From the NCBI GenBank assembly GCA_044225365.1, contig JBGAIQ010000005.1:32001-96000 (forward strand): a stretch of DNA of 64,000 bases, in the 5' to 3' direction. The position numbers were made by a program, and so were the translations under genes. This document shows, one piece after another, positions 8,560 to 17,858 of this stretch (positions within the stretch are counted from its first letter, which is position 1; each line of letters opens with the position of its first letter). The DNA is from Planctomycetota bacterium. GTDB lineage: Bacteria; Planctomycetota; B15-G4; JADJEK01. Below the pieces are notes generated by a model. The model saw nothing but the letters and a program-made list of their open reading frames with translations. It did no database searches and was not told the DNA's origin.

Positions 8560-10221
8560 ATGAATTCGCGACGCGCCGCATTCTCCGCTGCGTTCGCCGC
8601 GCTGATCCTCGGCGTCCTCGTGCTGTGGCCTTCGCTCCAGGCGGTTCTCGATTCGCTCGGCGAGCCCGGAAGGCGATCGCTCGCGGTATGGCGCGCGCTC
8701 TTCGACCCGCAACACCCCGCCGCCCTCCGGGCGTTGTGGAACTCGACCTGGACCTCGCTCGCTTCGGTCGTCCTCGCCGGGATCCTCGGGACGGCCCTCG
8801 CGATTGCGGTGGCGCGAGTCCGATTCCCACTGCGCGGCACGCTCGCGGCGCTCTCCGTCCTGCCCCTGCTCCTGCCTCCGATCGTCGGCGTCTTGACGTT
8901 CAAGCAGTTCCTGTACGGCGAGTACGGCCTCGTTCCCCTGATCCTGAAGCGAACGCTCGGTATCGAAGCGCATCTCGACGGATACCTCGGCGTCCTCGCG
9001 CTCCACACGTATTCGTTCTTCCCGTTCTTCTTCCTGTTCGTCGCCGCGGGACAGAAGCGAGTCGACCCCGCGCTCGAGCAAGCCGCGGTCAGTCTCGGCG
9101 CCTCGCGTGTCACGATCCTCCGCCGGGTCCTGCTGCCGATCCTGATGCCATCGCTCATCGGCGCCGCGGTACTCGTCCTGCTCAATTCGATGGGCTCGTT
9201 CTCGGCTCCTCTGTTCTTCGCGCCATCCGAGGAGTTCCTGACCCTTCGCATCTACAACTCGCGCGAGGCCGATCCCGCGGGCGCCGCCGCGCTCGCCACG
9301 CTGCTCGCGATCGCGGCGTTCGTCCTCCTCGTTCCATTGCGGGCCCTCGAGAATCGCTCGCGAGCCGAATCGGCGAGCAAGGGATCGTCGATGCTGGCGG
9401 AGCCCCCATTCGGCGCTCTCGGCCGCACCGTGCTCTTCGGCGTCGCGCTCGCTCTCGTGCTGTTCCTGCTGCTGCCGCATCTCTCGATCGTCGTCCTCTC
9501 GTTCGCGGCCGACACCAACGCCAAAGCAAGCGCCGTCCCGACCGAATTCACGCTCGACCACTGGAAGCGGATCTTCGAGGACGACGCGTTCACCCGACCG
9601 CTGCAGAATTCCACGTGGATGGCGGGGATCGCGGCGATCGTCGACGTGGCCCTCGGTCTCTTCGTCGCCGTATTGCTCGCGAACCGCCGAACGCCCGCGC
9701 GCGGACTCATCGAACTCCTCGCGCTCCTGCCGATGGCGCTCCCAGCAACCGTGCTCGCCTTCAACCTGGTACGAGCTTTCGGCGCCGCCTCGCCCCTCAC
9801 GCTCGGCCATGCCCTCGCCGGAACGGTCTTCTTGCTGCCCCTCGCATATCTCGTTCGCAATCTGCCCATCGCATTGCGCGCGACGCAGTCGGCCCTCGCG
9901 ACGGTCGACACCAGCCTCGTCGACGCGGCGACGTCGCTCGGCGCGTCGCGGAGCGTGGCCTTCACGAGGATCGTGCTTCCCCTCGTCGCACCGGGCGTCC
10001 TGTCCGGCGCGCTTCTCTGCTTCCTCTCCGGGCTCACGGAATTCGTGGCCTCGATCCTGCTCTATATCCCCGAGAATCTCCCGATCGCGGTCGAGATCTT
10101 CAACCGCCAATACAATCGCGCCCTCGGCGAACCCGCCGCGCTCTCGGTCCTGTTGCTCCTCACGCAAGCCCTCGTGTTGCTGTTCGCGAATCGATTCCTG
10201 AAGGTCGAGAAGGTCGCGTAG
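8560..10221 (+). CDS. ABC permease with two TM modules (FbpB/iron(III)-type)
   Basis: Two EAA loops (LEQAAVSLGAS; LVDAATSLGAS), hydrophobic 553 aa. Confidence 0.88.
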   Translation: MNSRRAAFSAAFAALILGVLVLWPSLQAVLDSLGEPGRRSLAVWRALFDPQHPAALRALWNSTWTSLASVVLAGILGTALAIAVARVRFPLRGTLAALSVLPLLLPPIVGVLTFKQFLYGEYGLVPLILKRTLGIEAHLDGYLGVLALHTYSFFPFFFLFVAAGQKRVDPALEQAAVSLGASRVTILRRVLLPILMPSLIGAAVLVLLNSMGSFSAPLFFAPSEEFLTLRIYNSREADPAGAAALATLLAIAAFVLLVPLRALENRSRAESASKGSSMLAEPPFGALGRTVLFGVALALVLFLLLPHLSIVVLSFAADTNAKASAVPTEFTLDHWKRIFEDDAFTRPLQNSTWMAGIAAIVDVALGLFVAVLLANRRTPARGLIELLALLPMALPATVLAFNLVRAFGAASPLTLGHALAGTVFLLPLAYLVRNLPIALRATQSALATVDTSLVDAATSLGASRSVAFTRIVLPLVAPGVLSGALLCFLSGLTEFVASILLYIPENLPIAVEIFNRQYNRALGEPAALSVLLLLTQALVLLFANRFLKVEKVA

Positions 10222-10246
10222 GAATCGTCGGCGTCCCCACCATCGC

Positions 10247-10918
10247 ATGCCTACCACGCTCGACATCACATTGCTGTCCCTCCGCGTCGCGCTCGTCTCG
10301 ACGCTGTGGATCGCCGTGCCCGGAGTCGCGATGGGGTATCTGCTCGCGCGCGGGCGGTTTCGCGGCAAGGCTCTGGTGCAGGCCCTCATCGCCCTGCCGA
10401 TGGTCCTGCCGCCGGTCGCCATCGGCCTCCTTCTGCTGCGGCTCCTCGCGCGCGATTCGTTCGTCGGAGACTTCCTGGCAGGGATCGGGATGGGCTCGCT
10501 GCTGCTCACCTGGAAGGCCGCCGCGATCGCCTCGGCCGTGATGGCGTTCCCGCTGCTCGTGATCGGCGCGCGGCAGGGATTCGAGAGCGTGCCAAGGAGG
10601 ATCGAGCAGGTCGCGGAGACGCTCGGGATCTCACGGCGAACGACCTTCTTTCGCGTGACAATGCCGCTCGCGCTCCGCGGGATCCTGTATGGACTCGTGC
10701 TCGCGTTCGCACGGGCGCTCGGCGAGTTCGGAGCAACCTCGATCGTGGCGGGCCACATCCCCGGCGAGACCGAAACCCTCTCCCTCGCGATCCATTCCCG
10801 GATCGAGAACTTCGACGATGCGGGCGCGTGGCGGCTCTCCGTCGTCGCGCTGGTGCTCGCGCTCCTGTTCACCTCGTTTGCCGAGTACGTGCTCCGCCGC
10901 AAGGACGATCCCCGATGA
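10247..10918 (+). CDS. modB: Molybdate ABC transporter permease
   Basis: LSLRVA, LPMVLPPVAIG, FARALGEFGAT, GHIPGETETL. Confidence 0.88.
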   Translation: MPTTLDITLLSLRVALVSTLWIAVPGVAMGYLLARGRFRGKALVQALIALPMVLPPVAIGLLLLRLLARDSFVGDFLAGIGMGSLLLTWKAAAIASAVMAFPLLVIGARQGFESVPRRIEQVAETLGISRRTTFFRVTMPLALRGILYGLVLAFARALGEFGATSIVAGHIPGETETLSLAIHSRIENFDDAGAWRLSVVALVLALLFTSFAEYVLRRKDDPR

Positions 10919-12003
10919 CGGCGCGACACGCGATTCATCTGCGCTGCGCGATTCCGGGTTTTGCCCTCTCCGCGCAAGCCGAATGGAGAAGCGACGCCGC
11001 GGCGCTGTTCGGACCGAGCGGGAGCGGAAAGTCGACGATCCTCGAAGCGATCGCGGGTGTGCGCCACGACGTCGAAGGCGACGTGCGGCTCTGCGGGCGC
11101 GCGCTTCACGGCCTGCCGGCGCGCGATCGTAGGATCGGCTGGGTGCCGCAGGACGGCGCGCTCTTCCCCCACCTCCGAGTGCGCGAGAACCTCGAACTCG
11201 CGAGCCGCGCCCGTGGCGATGCCGGGGCGATCGCTCGCGCGGTCGACGCTCTCGAGATCGACTCCCTGCTCGATCGTCGCGCTCGCGAGCTGTCGGGAGG
11301 CGAGCGCCAGAGGGTCGCGATCGCCCGCGCGCTCGCTTCGAGACCCGACTTCCTGCTGCTCGACGAACCACTCGCAGCGATCGATCGGCCACTACGAACC
11401 CGCATCGTCCCGTTCTTGCAGCGCCTGCGAAAGGACCTTGCGATCCCTTTCCTGCTCGTCACTCACGATCCGCTCGAAGTCATGGAACTCGTCGACGAAG
11501 TGCTCGTGCTGTCGAGCGGCGACATCGCCGCGCAAGGCCCTCCCGCGAGCATCTTCGCTTCCGCGTCGGAGTTCGCGCCGCTCCACGCTCTCGGCGCGGA
11601 GAACGTCTACGACATCGAATGCGTCGAGTCCGGGGTCGTCGAAGAAGCCCGAACGGATCGACCTGGATCCGCCAGCTCCCTCGTCGTTCGTACGCGCGGT
11701 GGCCTCGAACTCACGCTCGCCCACGTGCCAGGCTTTCCGATTCCCACTCGCGTCGCGCTTCGAGCCGAAGACGTCCTGCTCGCTGCAGAAGTGCCCCGCG
11801 CGATCTCGGCTCAGAACGTGATTGCCGCGCGCGTCGCTGCGGTGACCGAGGTCCGAGGAGCTCGCCTCGTCGAACTCGCTGTCGGATCCTCCGGCGAGCG
11901 CATGCTCGCGAAGATCACAGCCGCCGCCGAACGACGCCTCGCGATCGTCCCTGGCGCCGACGTCTGCGTGGTGCTGAAGGCGCACGCGGTGCATCCGCTC
12001 TGA
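10915..12003 (+). CDS. modC: Molybdate ABC transporter ATP-binding protein with C-terminal TOBE-like region
   Basis: ATG 10915 overlaps modB stop; GPSGSGKST, LFPHLRV, LSGGERQRVAIARAL, LLLDEP, SAQN motif. Confidence 0.85.
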   Translation: MTARHAIHLRCAIPGFALSAQAEWRSDAAALFGPSGSGKSTILEAIAGVRHDVEGDVRLCGRALHGLPARDRRIGWVPQDGALFPHLRVRENLELASRARGDAGAIARAVDALEIDSLLDRRARELSGGERQRVAIARALASRPDFLLLDEPLAAIDRPLRTRIVPFLQRLRKDLAIPFLLVTHDPLEVMELVDEVLVLSSGDIAAQGPPASIFASASEFAPLHALGAENVYDIECVESGVVEEARTDRPGSASSLVVRTRGGLELTLAHVPGFPIPTRVALRAEDVLLAAEVPRAISAQNVIAARVAAVTEVRGARLVELAVGSSGERMLAKITAAAERRLAIVPGADVCVVLKAHAVHPL

Positions 12004-12022
12004 GTCCCGTCGCGTCGATGTT

Positions 12023-12058
12023 CCGTGAAAAGACGATTACATCGTCCGTTTTTCTCGG
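12023..12058 (+). terminator. Possible intrinsic terminator after modC
   Basis: gacgat-tac-atcgtc stem-loop followed by cgtttttct; flanking gaaaa/ttttc can extend the stem. Confidence 0.35.
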
Positions 12059-12335
12059 AGCCGACTCCGCTCGATTCCCCGATTCCTGACGAGATCATGC
12101 GGAGGGATTCCGCGACGCCACGATCGAGAATTGGGAATCTCGCGCGCCCCGATTCGACCCTTTCCACTCGCCTGCGTCGAGTCGAGCCCATCGCTCATGT
12201 CTTTCGGGCAGGAGTTCCCGAAAACGCTCGATCGCGAGCCACCGCCGCGAGCCTGAGGCGTTTCGCACGGGATTTGCGGCCGAAGGACTCGACCTGTCCC
12301 GCCCTTGTCATCTTCCACCGGTCAAGGAATCGCTC

Positions 12336-14750
12336 GTGATGCAACCCGACAACAGGCCTGATCCGATTCCGTCTCGACGCGCGCGCTGGCTCCGCGGTGC
12401 GATCGAGTCCGTTCCGATCCTCGCTGGTGCAGGCTTCCTGCTCGCTGCGATCCACTCGAGTACGGCGGCGGCCGATCCGCCGGCTCCGCCGGTCGCGGCC
12501 ACCTCGACGCGGGTCATTGCGTGGAACGATCTCGGCATGCACTGCATGGATCCCGGCTACTCCGTCTTCGCGCTCCTGCCGCCCTTCAACGACTTCAAGT
12601 CGGCGCTCATCGTGAACGGCAAGCTGCAGAAGGCTGGCAATCCGTATCAGGTCTCGTATCGCGGGACTGCGTCGGCCACGGGCCAGTTGAACACGAGTTC
12701 GATCGGCAAGACCGACTTCTGGGATCACGTCCAGTCGATCTTCGGTGTGGCGCTGCCGCCCGACCACGGACTGGCGGGTCACGACATGCCGGGTCCGTTG
12801 AACACGCCGCAGCCGATGAGCTTCGACGGGACGTGGAACTGGTTCGCCGCCGACGGCGTCCCGATCACTCCGTACGACGACACGACGAAGGCGAACAACA
12901 CGTATCCGCTGCTCGAAGCCATCGCGAAGGACGCCAACGGCACGACGATCGCCTCGACGTCGAACGTCGTTCCCGTCTCCGACGAGATGGACTGCAGCCA
13001 TTGCCACGCATCGGCCGCCAGTCCCTACGCAAAGCCGCTGAAGGGATGGGTCTTCGCGAGCAACACGATCGAGGACTATCGCCTCAACATCCTGCGTCTG
13101 CATGACGAGAAGCAGGCGGGCAACGCGGCGTTCGCGAGTGCTCTCGCCGCGAAGGGCATGAATCCGCTCGGACTCGAGGCGACGGTGACGCAGGACGGTC
13201 ATCCGATGCTGTGCGCCGCGTGTCATGCGAGCAATGCGTTGCCGGGCTCCGGCATCGCCGGGATCTCCCGCCTCACGTCGGCGCTCCACCTGAAGCACGC
13301 GAACGTCGTCGACACGACGGGCAAGACGCTCGATTCCGACACCAATCGCAGCGCCTGCTACGAGTGTCACCCTGGCTCCGTGACGCGCTGCCTGCGCGGC
13401 GCGATGGGCAGCGCCGTGGCAAAGGACGGCACCCTCGAGATGCAGTGCCAGAACTGCCACGGATCGATGAGCAAGGTTGGTGATCCGGCGCGACTCGGCT
13501 GGCTCGACGAACCGAGCTGCCAGCAGTGCCATACCGGTACCGCAACGCAGAACTCCGGGCAGATCCGATTCACCTCGGTCTACGACGCCAACGGGAATCC
13601 GCACGTTCCGGCGAACCTCACCTTCGCGACCGACGCGAACGTGCCGGCCACGGGCTTCGATCTCTATCGCTTCTCCGACGGCCACGGCTCGCTGCAGTGC
13701 GAGGCGTGCCACGGCTCGACGCACGCGGAGTACCCGTCGTCGGAGCCGAAGGACAATCAGCAGAGCATCGCGGCGCAAGGACACACCGGCATGCTCGTCG
13801 AGTGCCAGAGCTGTCACGGCACGGTCCCGTTCACCGTGAACGGCGGACCGCACGGCATGCACTCGATCGGACAATCCTGGGTGAACCAGCACGGCGACAT
13901 CGCCGAGACGCAGGGCACTTCGCAGTGCCGCACCTGCCATGGCACGGACTATCGCGGAACGGTCCTCTCCTATGCGCAGGACAACCGAACGTTCTCGACG
14001 GTATTCGGCACCAAGAGCTTCTTCAATGGTGCGCAGGTCGGCTGCTTCCACTGCCACAACGGCCCGGGCAGTGCAGATCCCATCAACAATGCGGCACCTG
14101 TCGTCACCAACAAGAATGTCGCGACCCCGAACGACACGACGCTCACGGTGAACCTCGCCGGCACCGACGCCAACAACGATCCGCTCACCTATCGCATCGT
14201 CGAGCAGCCCTCGCACGGTACGGTCGGGATCGCGGGCGCCGTGGCGACCTACTTCCCCGAGCCAGGTTTCGTGGGCACGACGACCTTCACGTTCGCCGCG
14301 TGGGACAACAAGACGAACTCCAACCTTGGAACCGTCACCGTCACGTCGAACGGTCCGAGCTGCCTCGGCGCCTCGAAGCGTTACGGCTTCGGTTGCGCGG
14401 GCACGGGCGGCGTCCTGCCGCAGCTCGACGTCACGGGCTGCCCGACACCGGGCAGCACGATCACCGTCGCGCTCACGAAGGGACTGCCAGGCGCGACTTC
14501 GATCGTCTTCGTCGGCGCAGGTCAGGGCGCGACAACGCTCCCCGCTGGATGCGTCCTGCGCGTGTTCCCGCTCCTGCCGTTCTCCTTCGCGATCCCCTTG
14601 AGCTCGGGAGTCGGCGGCGGAGCGTTCTCCCTCCCCGTGACGATTCCGCCCGCTACCACGGGCACTGCGACCCTCCAAGCGTTCGTCGTCGACCCGGGAG
14701 TGTGGCAAGGCTTCTCGGCGACGAACGGCGTCCAAGTGGACATCCACTGA
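12336..14750 (+). CDS. Secreted multiheme (9 CxxCH) cytochrome c with Ig-like domain and shared C-terminal domain
   Basis: CSHCH, CAACH, CYECH, CQNCH, CQQCH, CEACH, CQSCH, CRTCH, CFHCH; N-terminal WNDLGMHC; Ig-like NAAPV...DANNDPLTY...PSHGTV...FTF. Confidence 0.9.
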   Translation: MMQPDNRPDPIPSRRARWLRGAIESVPILAGAGFLLAAIHSSTAAADPPAPPVAATSTRVIAWNDLGMHCMDPGYSVFALLPPFNDFKSALIVNGKLQKAGNPYQVSYRGTASATGQLNTSSIGKTDFWDHVQSIFGVALPPDHGLAGHDMPGPLNTPQPMSFDGTWNWFAADGVPITPYDDTTKANNTYPLLEAIAKDANGTTIASTSNVVPVSDEMDCSHCHASAASPYAKPLKGWVFASNTIEDYRLNILRLHDEKQAGNAAFASALAAKGMNPLGLEATVTQDGHPMLCAACHASNALPGSGIAGISRLTSALHLKHANVVDTTGKTLDSDTNRSACYECHPGSVTRCLRGAMGSAVAKDGTLEMQCQNCHGSMSKVGDPARLGWLDEPSCQQCHTGTATQNSGQIRFTSVYDANGNPHVPANLTFATDANVPATGFDLYRFSDGHGSLQCEACHGSTHAEYPSSEPKDNQQSIAAQGHTGMLVECQSCHGTVPFTVNGGPHGMHSIGQSWVNQHGDIAETQGTSQCRTCHGTDYRGTVLSYAQDNRTFSTVFGTKSFFNGAQVGCFHCHNGPGSADPINNAAPVVTNKNVATPNDTTLTVNLAGTDANNDPLTYRIVEQPSHGTVGIAGAVATYFPEPGFVGTTTFTFAAWDNKTNSNLGTVTVTSNGPSCLGASKRYGFGCAGTGGVLPQLDVTGCPTPGSTITVALTKGLPGATSIVFVGAGQGATTLPAGCVLRVFPLLPFSFAIPLSSGVGGGAFSLPVTIPPATTGTATLQAFVVDPGVWQGFSATNGVQVDIH

Positions 14751-14777
14751 CCCCGTTTCTCATTTCCGGTCCGACCT

Positions 14778-14823
14778 CGCGCGCCGCGCTCCCTGAACGA
14801 TGGGATCGCGGCGCGCGTCTTTC
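14778..14823. terminator. GC-rich hairpin between convergent genes
   Basis: cgcgcgccgcg (14778-14788) pairs with cgcggcgcgcg (14807-14817), inner tccc/ggga, followed by tcttt. Confidence 0.55.
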
Positions 14824-14846
14824 GTATTCCGGTCGTTCGTGTCGTG

Positions 14847-17546
14847 TCAATTCCCGTCGTTTTCCAGCTTCGTCGCGAGTTCCGGCCGCCCGGTCGCCCG
14901 ATAGACCGCGGCGAGGTCCTTCATGATCGCCGCTCGCAGCTCCTTGGCGTCGGATGAGACGTCCTTCTGCGCGCGTGTCAGCTCGCGTTCCGCCGCTTCC
15001 CAATCGCGACGGCGGACGTGGATCTTCCCGAGCGCGCAATGCGCCGCGGCGTTGCCCGCGTCGTCCTGCGGTCGCGCGTCGATACTCGCCTGCAGGTCCA
15101 GGAGCGCGTGGTCGTCGTCCTTCGCATCCGCGCGGGCGAGCCCGAGCTCGTAGCGCGTGGCGGCGAGAGTGGGATGGTCCTTGGGAAGTGCGATCGTTCG
15201 GATGCGAAGCACTTCCACCCAGTCGGCGACCGCGTCCTCGTACTCTCCGCGCAGACGATGCAGTGCCGCTCGCTGCGAGATCGTGTCGGCGGTGCGCGGA
15301 TGGTCCGCGTGGAATTGCTTCGTCGCGGCGACGACGGCTTCGTCGAGCGCAGCCTTTGCGCCAGCGAGATCCTTCTGCGCGAGCGCGACCTGGGCGAGTC
15401 GAGGCAGCAGGATTGCGAGCGCTTCGGCGCCGGCGCCGCGCAGCTTGCGCATCCCTTCGATCGCGCGTTCGAAGTCGGCGCGAGCCGCGGGGAGGTCGCC
15501 GTCCTTCAGCTCGATCGAGCCGCGGTTCGCGAGACATTGGAGCGTGAGGTAGGCGTCGTCGCCGAGGATGCGTCGCCGCAGGTCGTAGGCGATGTCCAGG
15601 TTCTCCCTCGCTTCCTTCGTCATCCCCAGTCGGAGGAGCGCGGCGCCGAGGTTGTTCCGACTCTCCGCGACGCTGAGCGAACCAGGGAACTCCTTCTCGC
15701 GGATCGCGAGCGCGTCGCGATGCAGCTCGTAGGCGGCCTTGAAATCCCCGCAGGCGGCGGTCGCCGCGGCGAGATCGTTCATGGCGCGGGCGATGTCCGA
15801 ATGGACCTCGCGAGGATGGAGACGATGGATGCGCAGCGCTTGCGCGAGGGTGTCGCGCGCGGCGACCGCGTTCCCTTCTTCGAGTTCGAGGGCGCCGAGA
15901 TTGCCGAGGCTGAGCGCGTGCTCGAGGTGATCGTCTCCGAAGAACCCCACGCGGATCTCGAGGGCTTCCTCGATGAGAGCCTTCGCCTCGTCGCGCAATC
16001 CGACGTGGCGCGCCGCGGTGCCGAGGGCGTCGATGAGGTTTGCGAGGACGTGGGGATCCGTTGCGTACTTCTTGCGAACGTCCGTCGCCTGCTGGAGCAG
16101 TCGTTCACGAACGCGATCGCGAAGCTGTGGCTCTTCGTAGAAGTCCGCCTTCAGGAAGACGTCGGTGAGCGCGTCCGTGACCTGGGCCGACGACTCGGCC
16201 TCGATCGATGCGTGGTTCGCTTGGTCGATGGCCACCTTCCGCGCCCTTTCGGCATCGTCTCGCTCGCGCGTCGCGCTTCGCGCGAACGAGAGGCTGACGA
16301 TCGTGCCGCCGAGGAGCGAGGCCATGAGTGCGATCCCGAGCGACGTCGCAACGCGATGTCGGCTGGCGAAACGCTCGATGCGATACCACGTCGAAGGGGG
16401 CCGCGCGACCACCGGAAAGCCGTCGAGATGACGACGCACATCGGCGGCGAATTCGAGACAACTTCGATATCGCCGCGCTGGTTCCGATTCGAGCGCCATC
16501 CCGACGATCCGATCGAGATCGCCGAGAAGCGAGCGAGCGAGCTTCTCCGGCGTCAGACCGCGCGCCGCCGCGCGAGCCACGATCTTCTCTCGCTCGGTCG
16601 CGGGCGACAGTACTCGCGCGCTCGGCGGAACGAGGAGTGTGCTCGCATCGGCGCCGTTCGCGATCGCGCGGATCTCGCCCTGGGAGAACGGACGGGTGCC
16701 GGTGAGGAGTTCGTGGAGCACGACGCCTAGCGACCAGACGTCGCTAGCGATGCCGACGGCGCCGCCGCGCATCTGTTCGGGGCTGGCGTATTCCGGTGTG
16801 TATGCCGCGGGATTCGTGCCCGTCGGCGGCTTCACCGTCTCGCCGGGTTCGCCCTCGCCCTCTCGCAACAGCGCCGCCACACCGAAGTCGACGATTCGCG
16901 GTTCACCGTCGCGAGTCACGAGGATATTGCTCGGCTTGAGATCACGGTGGAGCACGAGGCTTCGATGCGCGTGATCCGCTGCGAGGCAGATCGTCTCGAA
17001 CAGACCGAGTCGCTCGCGTAACGTGAGCCGCCGCTCGTCGCAGAAGCGATCGAGATGCTCCCCGTCGACGAGTTCCATCACGATGTACGGAACGCCGTCG
17101 GCCGTCGCACCGCCGTCGAGGAGGCGTGCGATGTTCTTGTGCTCGATCCGCCCGAGGAGGCGTGGCTCGCGCAGGAAACGCCTCCGCATCGTGTCGGAGA
17201 GCAGCCCGACGTGGAGCAGCTTCACCGCGACGGGTCGCGGGATCGACCCGTCCGCGCGCATGGCGCGGTAGACCGAGCCCATGCCGCCCTCGGCGATCTT
17301 GCTCTCGAGGCGCCAATTACCGAACGTGGCGCCGACGAATGGATCGACCTGGATGCTGGGGATCGCCGTGCCGTCGACGACTCCGTTCTCGATCCGATCG
17401 GCCTCGAGCATTCGCTCGACCTGCGCTCGCAGAGTCGAATCGTCGCCGCAGCTCGACGCCACGAATTCATCGCGTTCCGCAGCGGGACGCGCCAGCGCCG
17501 CTTCGAAGAGCTGCTCGATCCTGCGCCAGCGTTCCGCGGTCCACAT
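14847..17546 (-). CDS. Membrane Ser/Thr protein kinase with C-terminal TPR repeats
   Basis: EGGMGSVY, VAVK, HRDLKPSN, DFG, YASPE; one TM segment; TPR repeats (SLGNLG, AMNDLA, SRNNLG). Confidence 0.93.
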   Translation of the reverse strand: MWTAERWRRIEQLFEAALARPAAERDEFVASSCGDDSTLRAQVERMLEADRIENGVVDGTAIPSIQVDPFVGATFGNWRLESKIAEGGMGSVYRAMRADGSIPRPVAVKLLHVGLLSDTMRRRFLREPRLLGRIEHKNIARLLDGGATADGVPYIVMELVDGEHLDRFCDERRLTLRERLGLFETICLAADHAHRSLVLHRDLKPSNILVTRDGEPRIVDFGVAALLREGEGEPGETVKPPTGTNPAAYTPEYASPEQMRGGAVGIASDVWSLGVVLHELLTGTRPFSQGEIRAIANGADASTLLVPPSARVLSPATEREKIVARAAARGLTPEKLARSLLGDLDRIVGMALESEPARRYRSCLEFAADVRRHLDGFPVVARPPSTWYRIERFASRHRVATSLGIALMASLLGGTIVSLSFARSATRERDDAERARKVAIDQANHASIEAESSAQVTDALTDVFLKADFYEEPQLRDRVRERLLQQATDVRKKYATDPHVLANLIDALGTAARHVGLRDEAKALIEEALEIRVGFFGDDHLEHALSLGNLGALELEEGNAVAARDTLAQALRIHRLHPREVHSDIARAMNDLAAATAACGDFKAAYELHRDALAIREKEFPGSLSVAESRNNLGAALLRLGMTKEARENLDIAYDLRRRILGDDAYLTLQCLANRGSIELKDGDLPAARADFERAIEGMRKLRGAGAEALAILLPRLAQVALAQKDLAGAKAALDEAVVAATKQFHADHPRTADTISQRAALHRLRGEYEDAVADWVEVLRIRTIALPKDHPTLAATRYELGLARADAKDDDHALLDLQASIDARPQDDAGNAAAHCALGKIHVRRRDWEAAERELTRAQKDVSSDAKELRAAIMKDLAAVYRATGRPELATKLENDGN

Positions 17547-17858
17547 GTTCCGTCGTCTCTCTACAGCAGATCCCGATCGTAGCGCCGGCGCTCGCCCGTT
17601 CGAAGCGACCGCGACTCACGACGGCGGGTCCATCCTTCATGCATGCATGCGCCGAACGGCCTCCCATCCTGCCAATTTCGCCCGTTTCTCTCCCCGAAGG
17701 TCCGGATCGAAAATTCTTGGCAGCTCGTCGATCGGGAAATCGCATGCACTCGCACACGCCGTTGGAAGCGCCCCGCCCGCGATTCCACGCACTCCCGACC
17801 GGCCCGCCGCGACGACGCTTCGATCGACCGCGGGCGAAAGCAAGTGAGGACTCACGTC

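Noticed and set aside
10306-10914. N-terminal extension of ModC (likewise 31074-32486, 33631-35061, 41838-42248, 51029-51256)
   Set aside because: Arg-rich out-of-frame reads over neighbouring genes or spacers; internal ATGs with overlaps or family N-termini fit better.
17638-17649. catgcatgcatg palindrome between divergent genes
   Set aside because: Short simple repeat with no second supporting instance.
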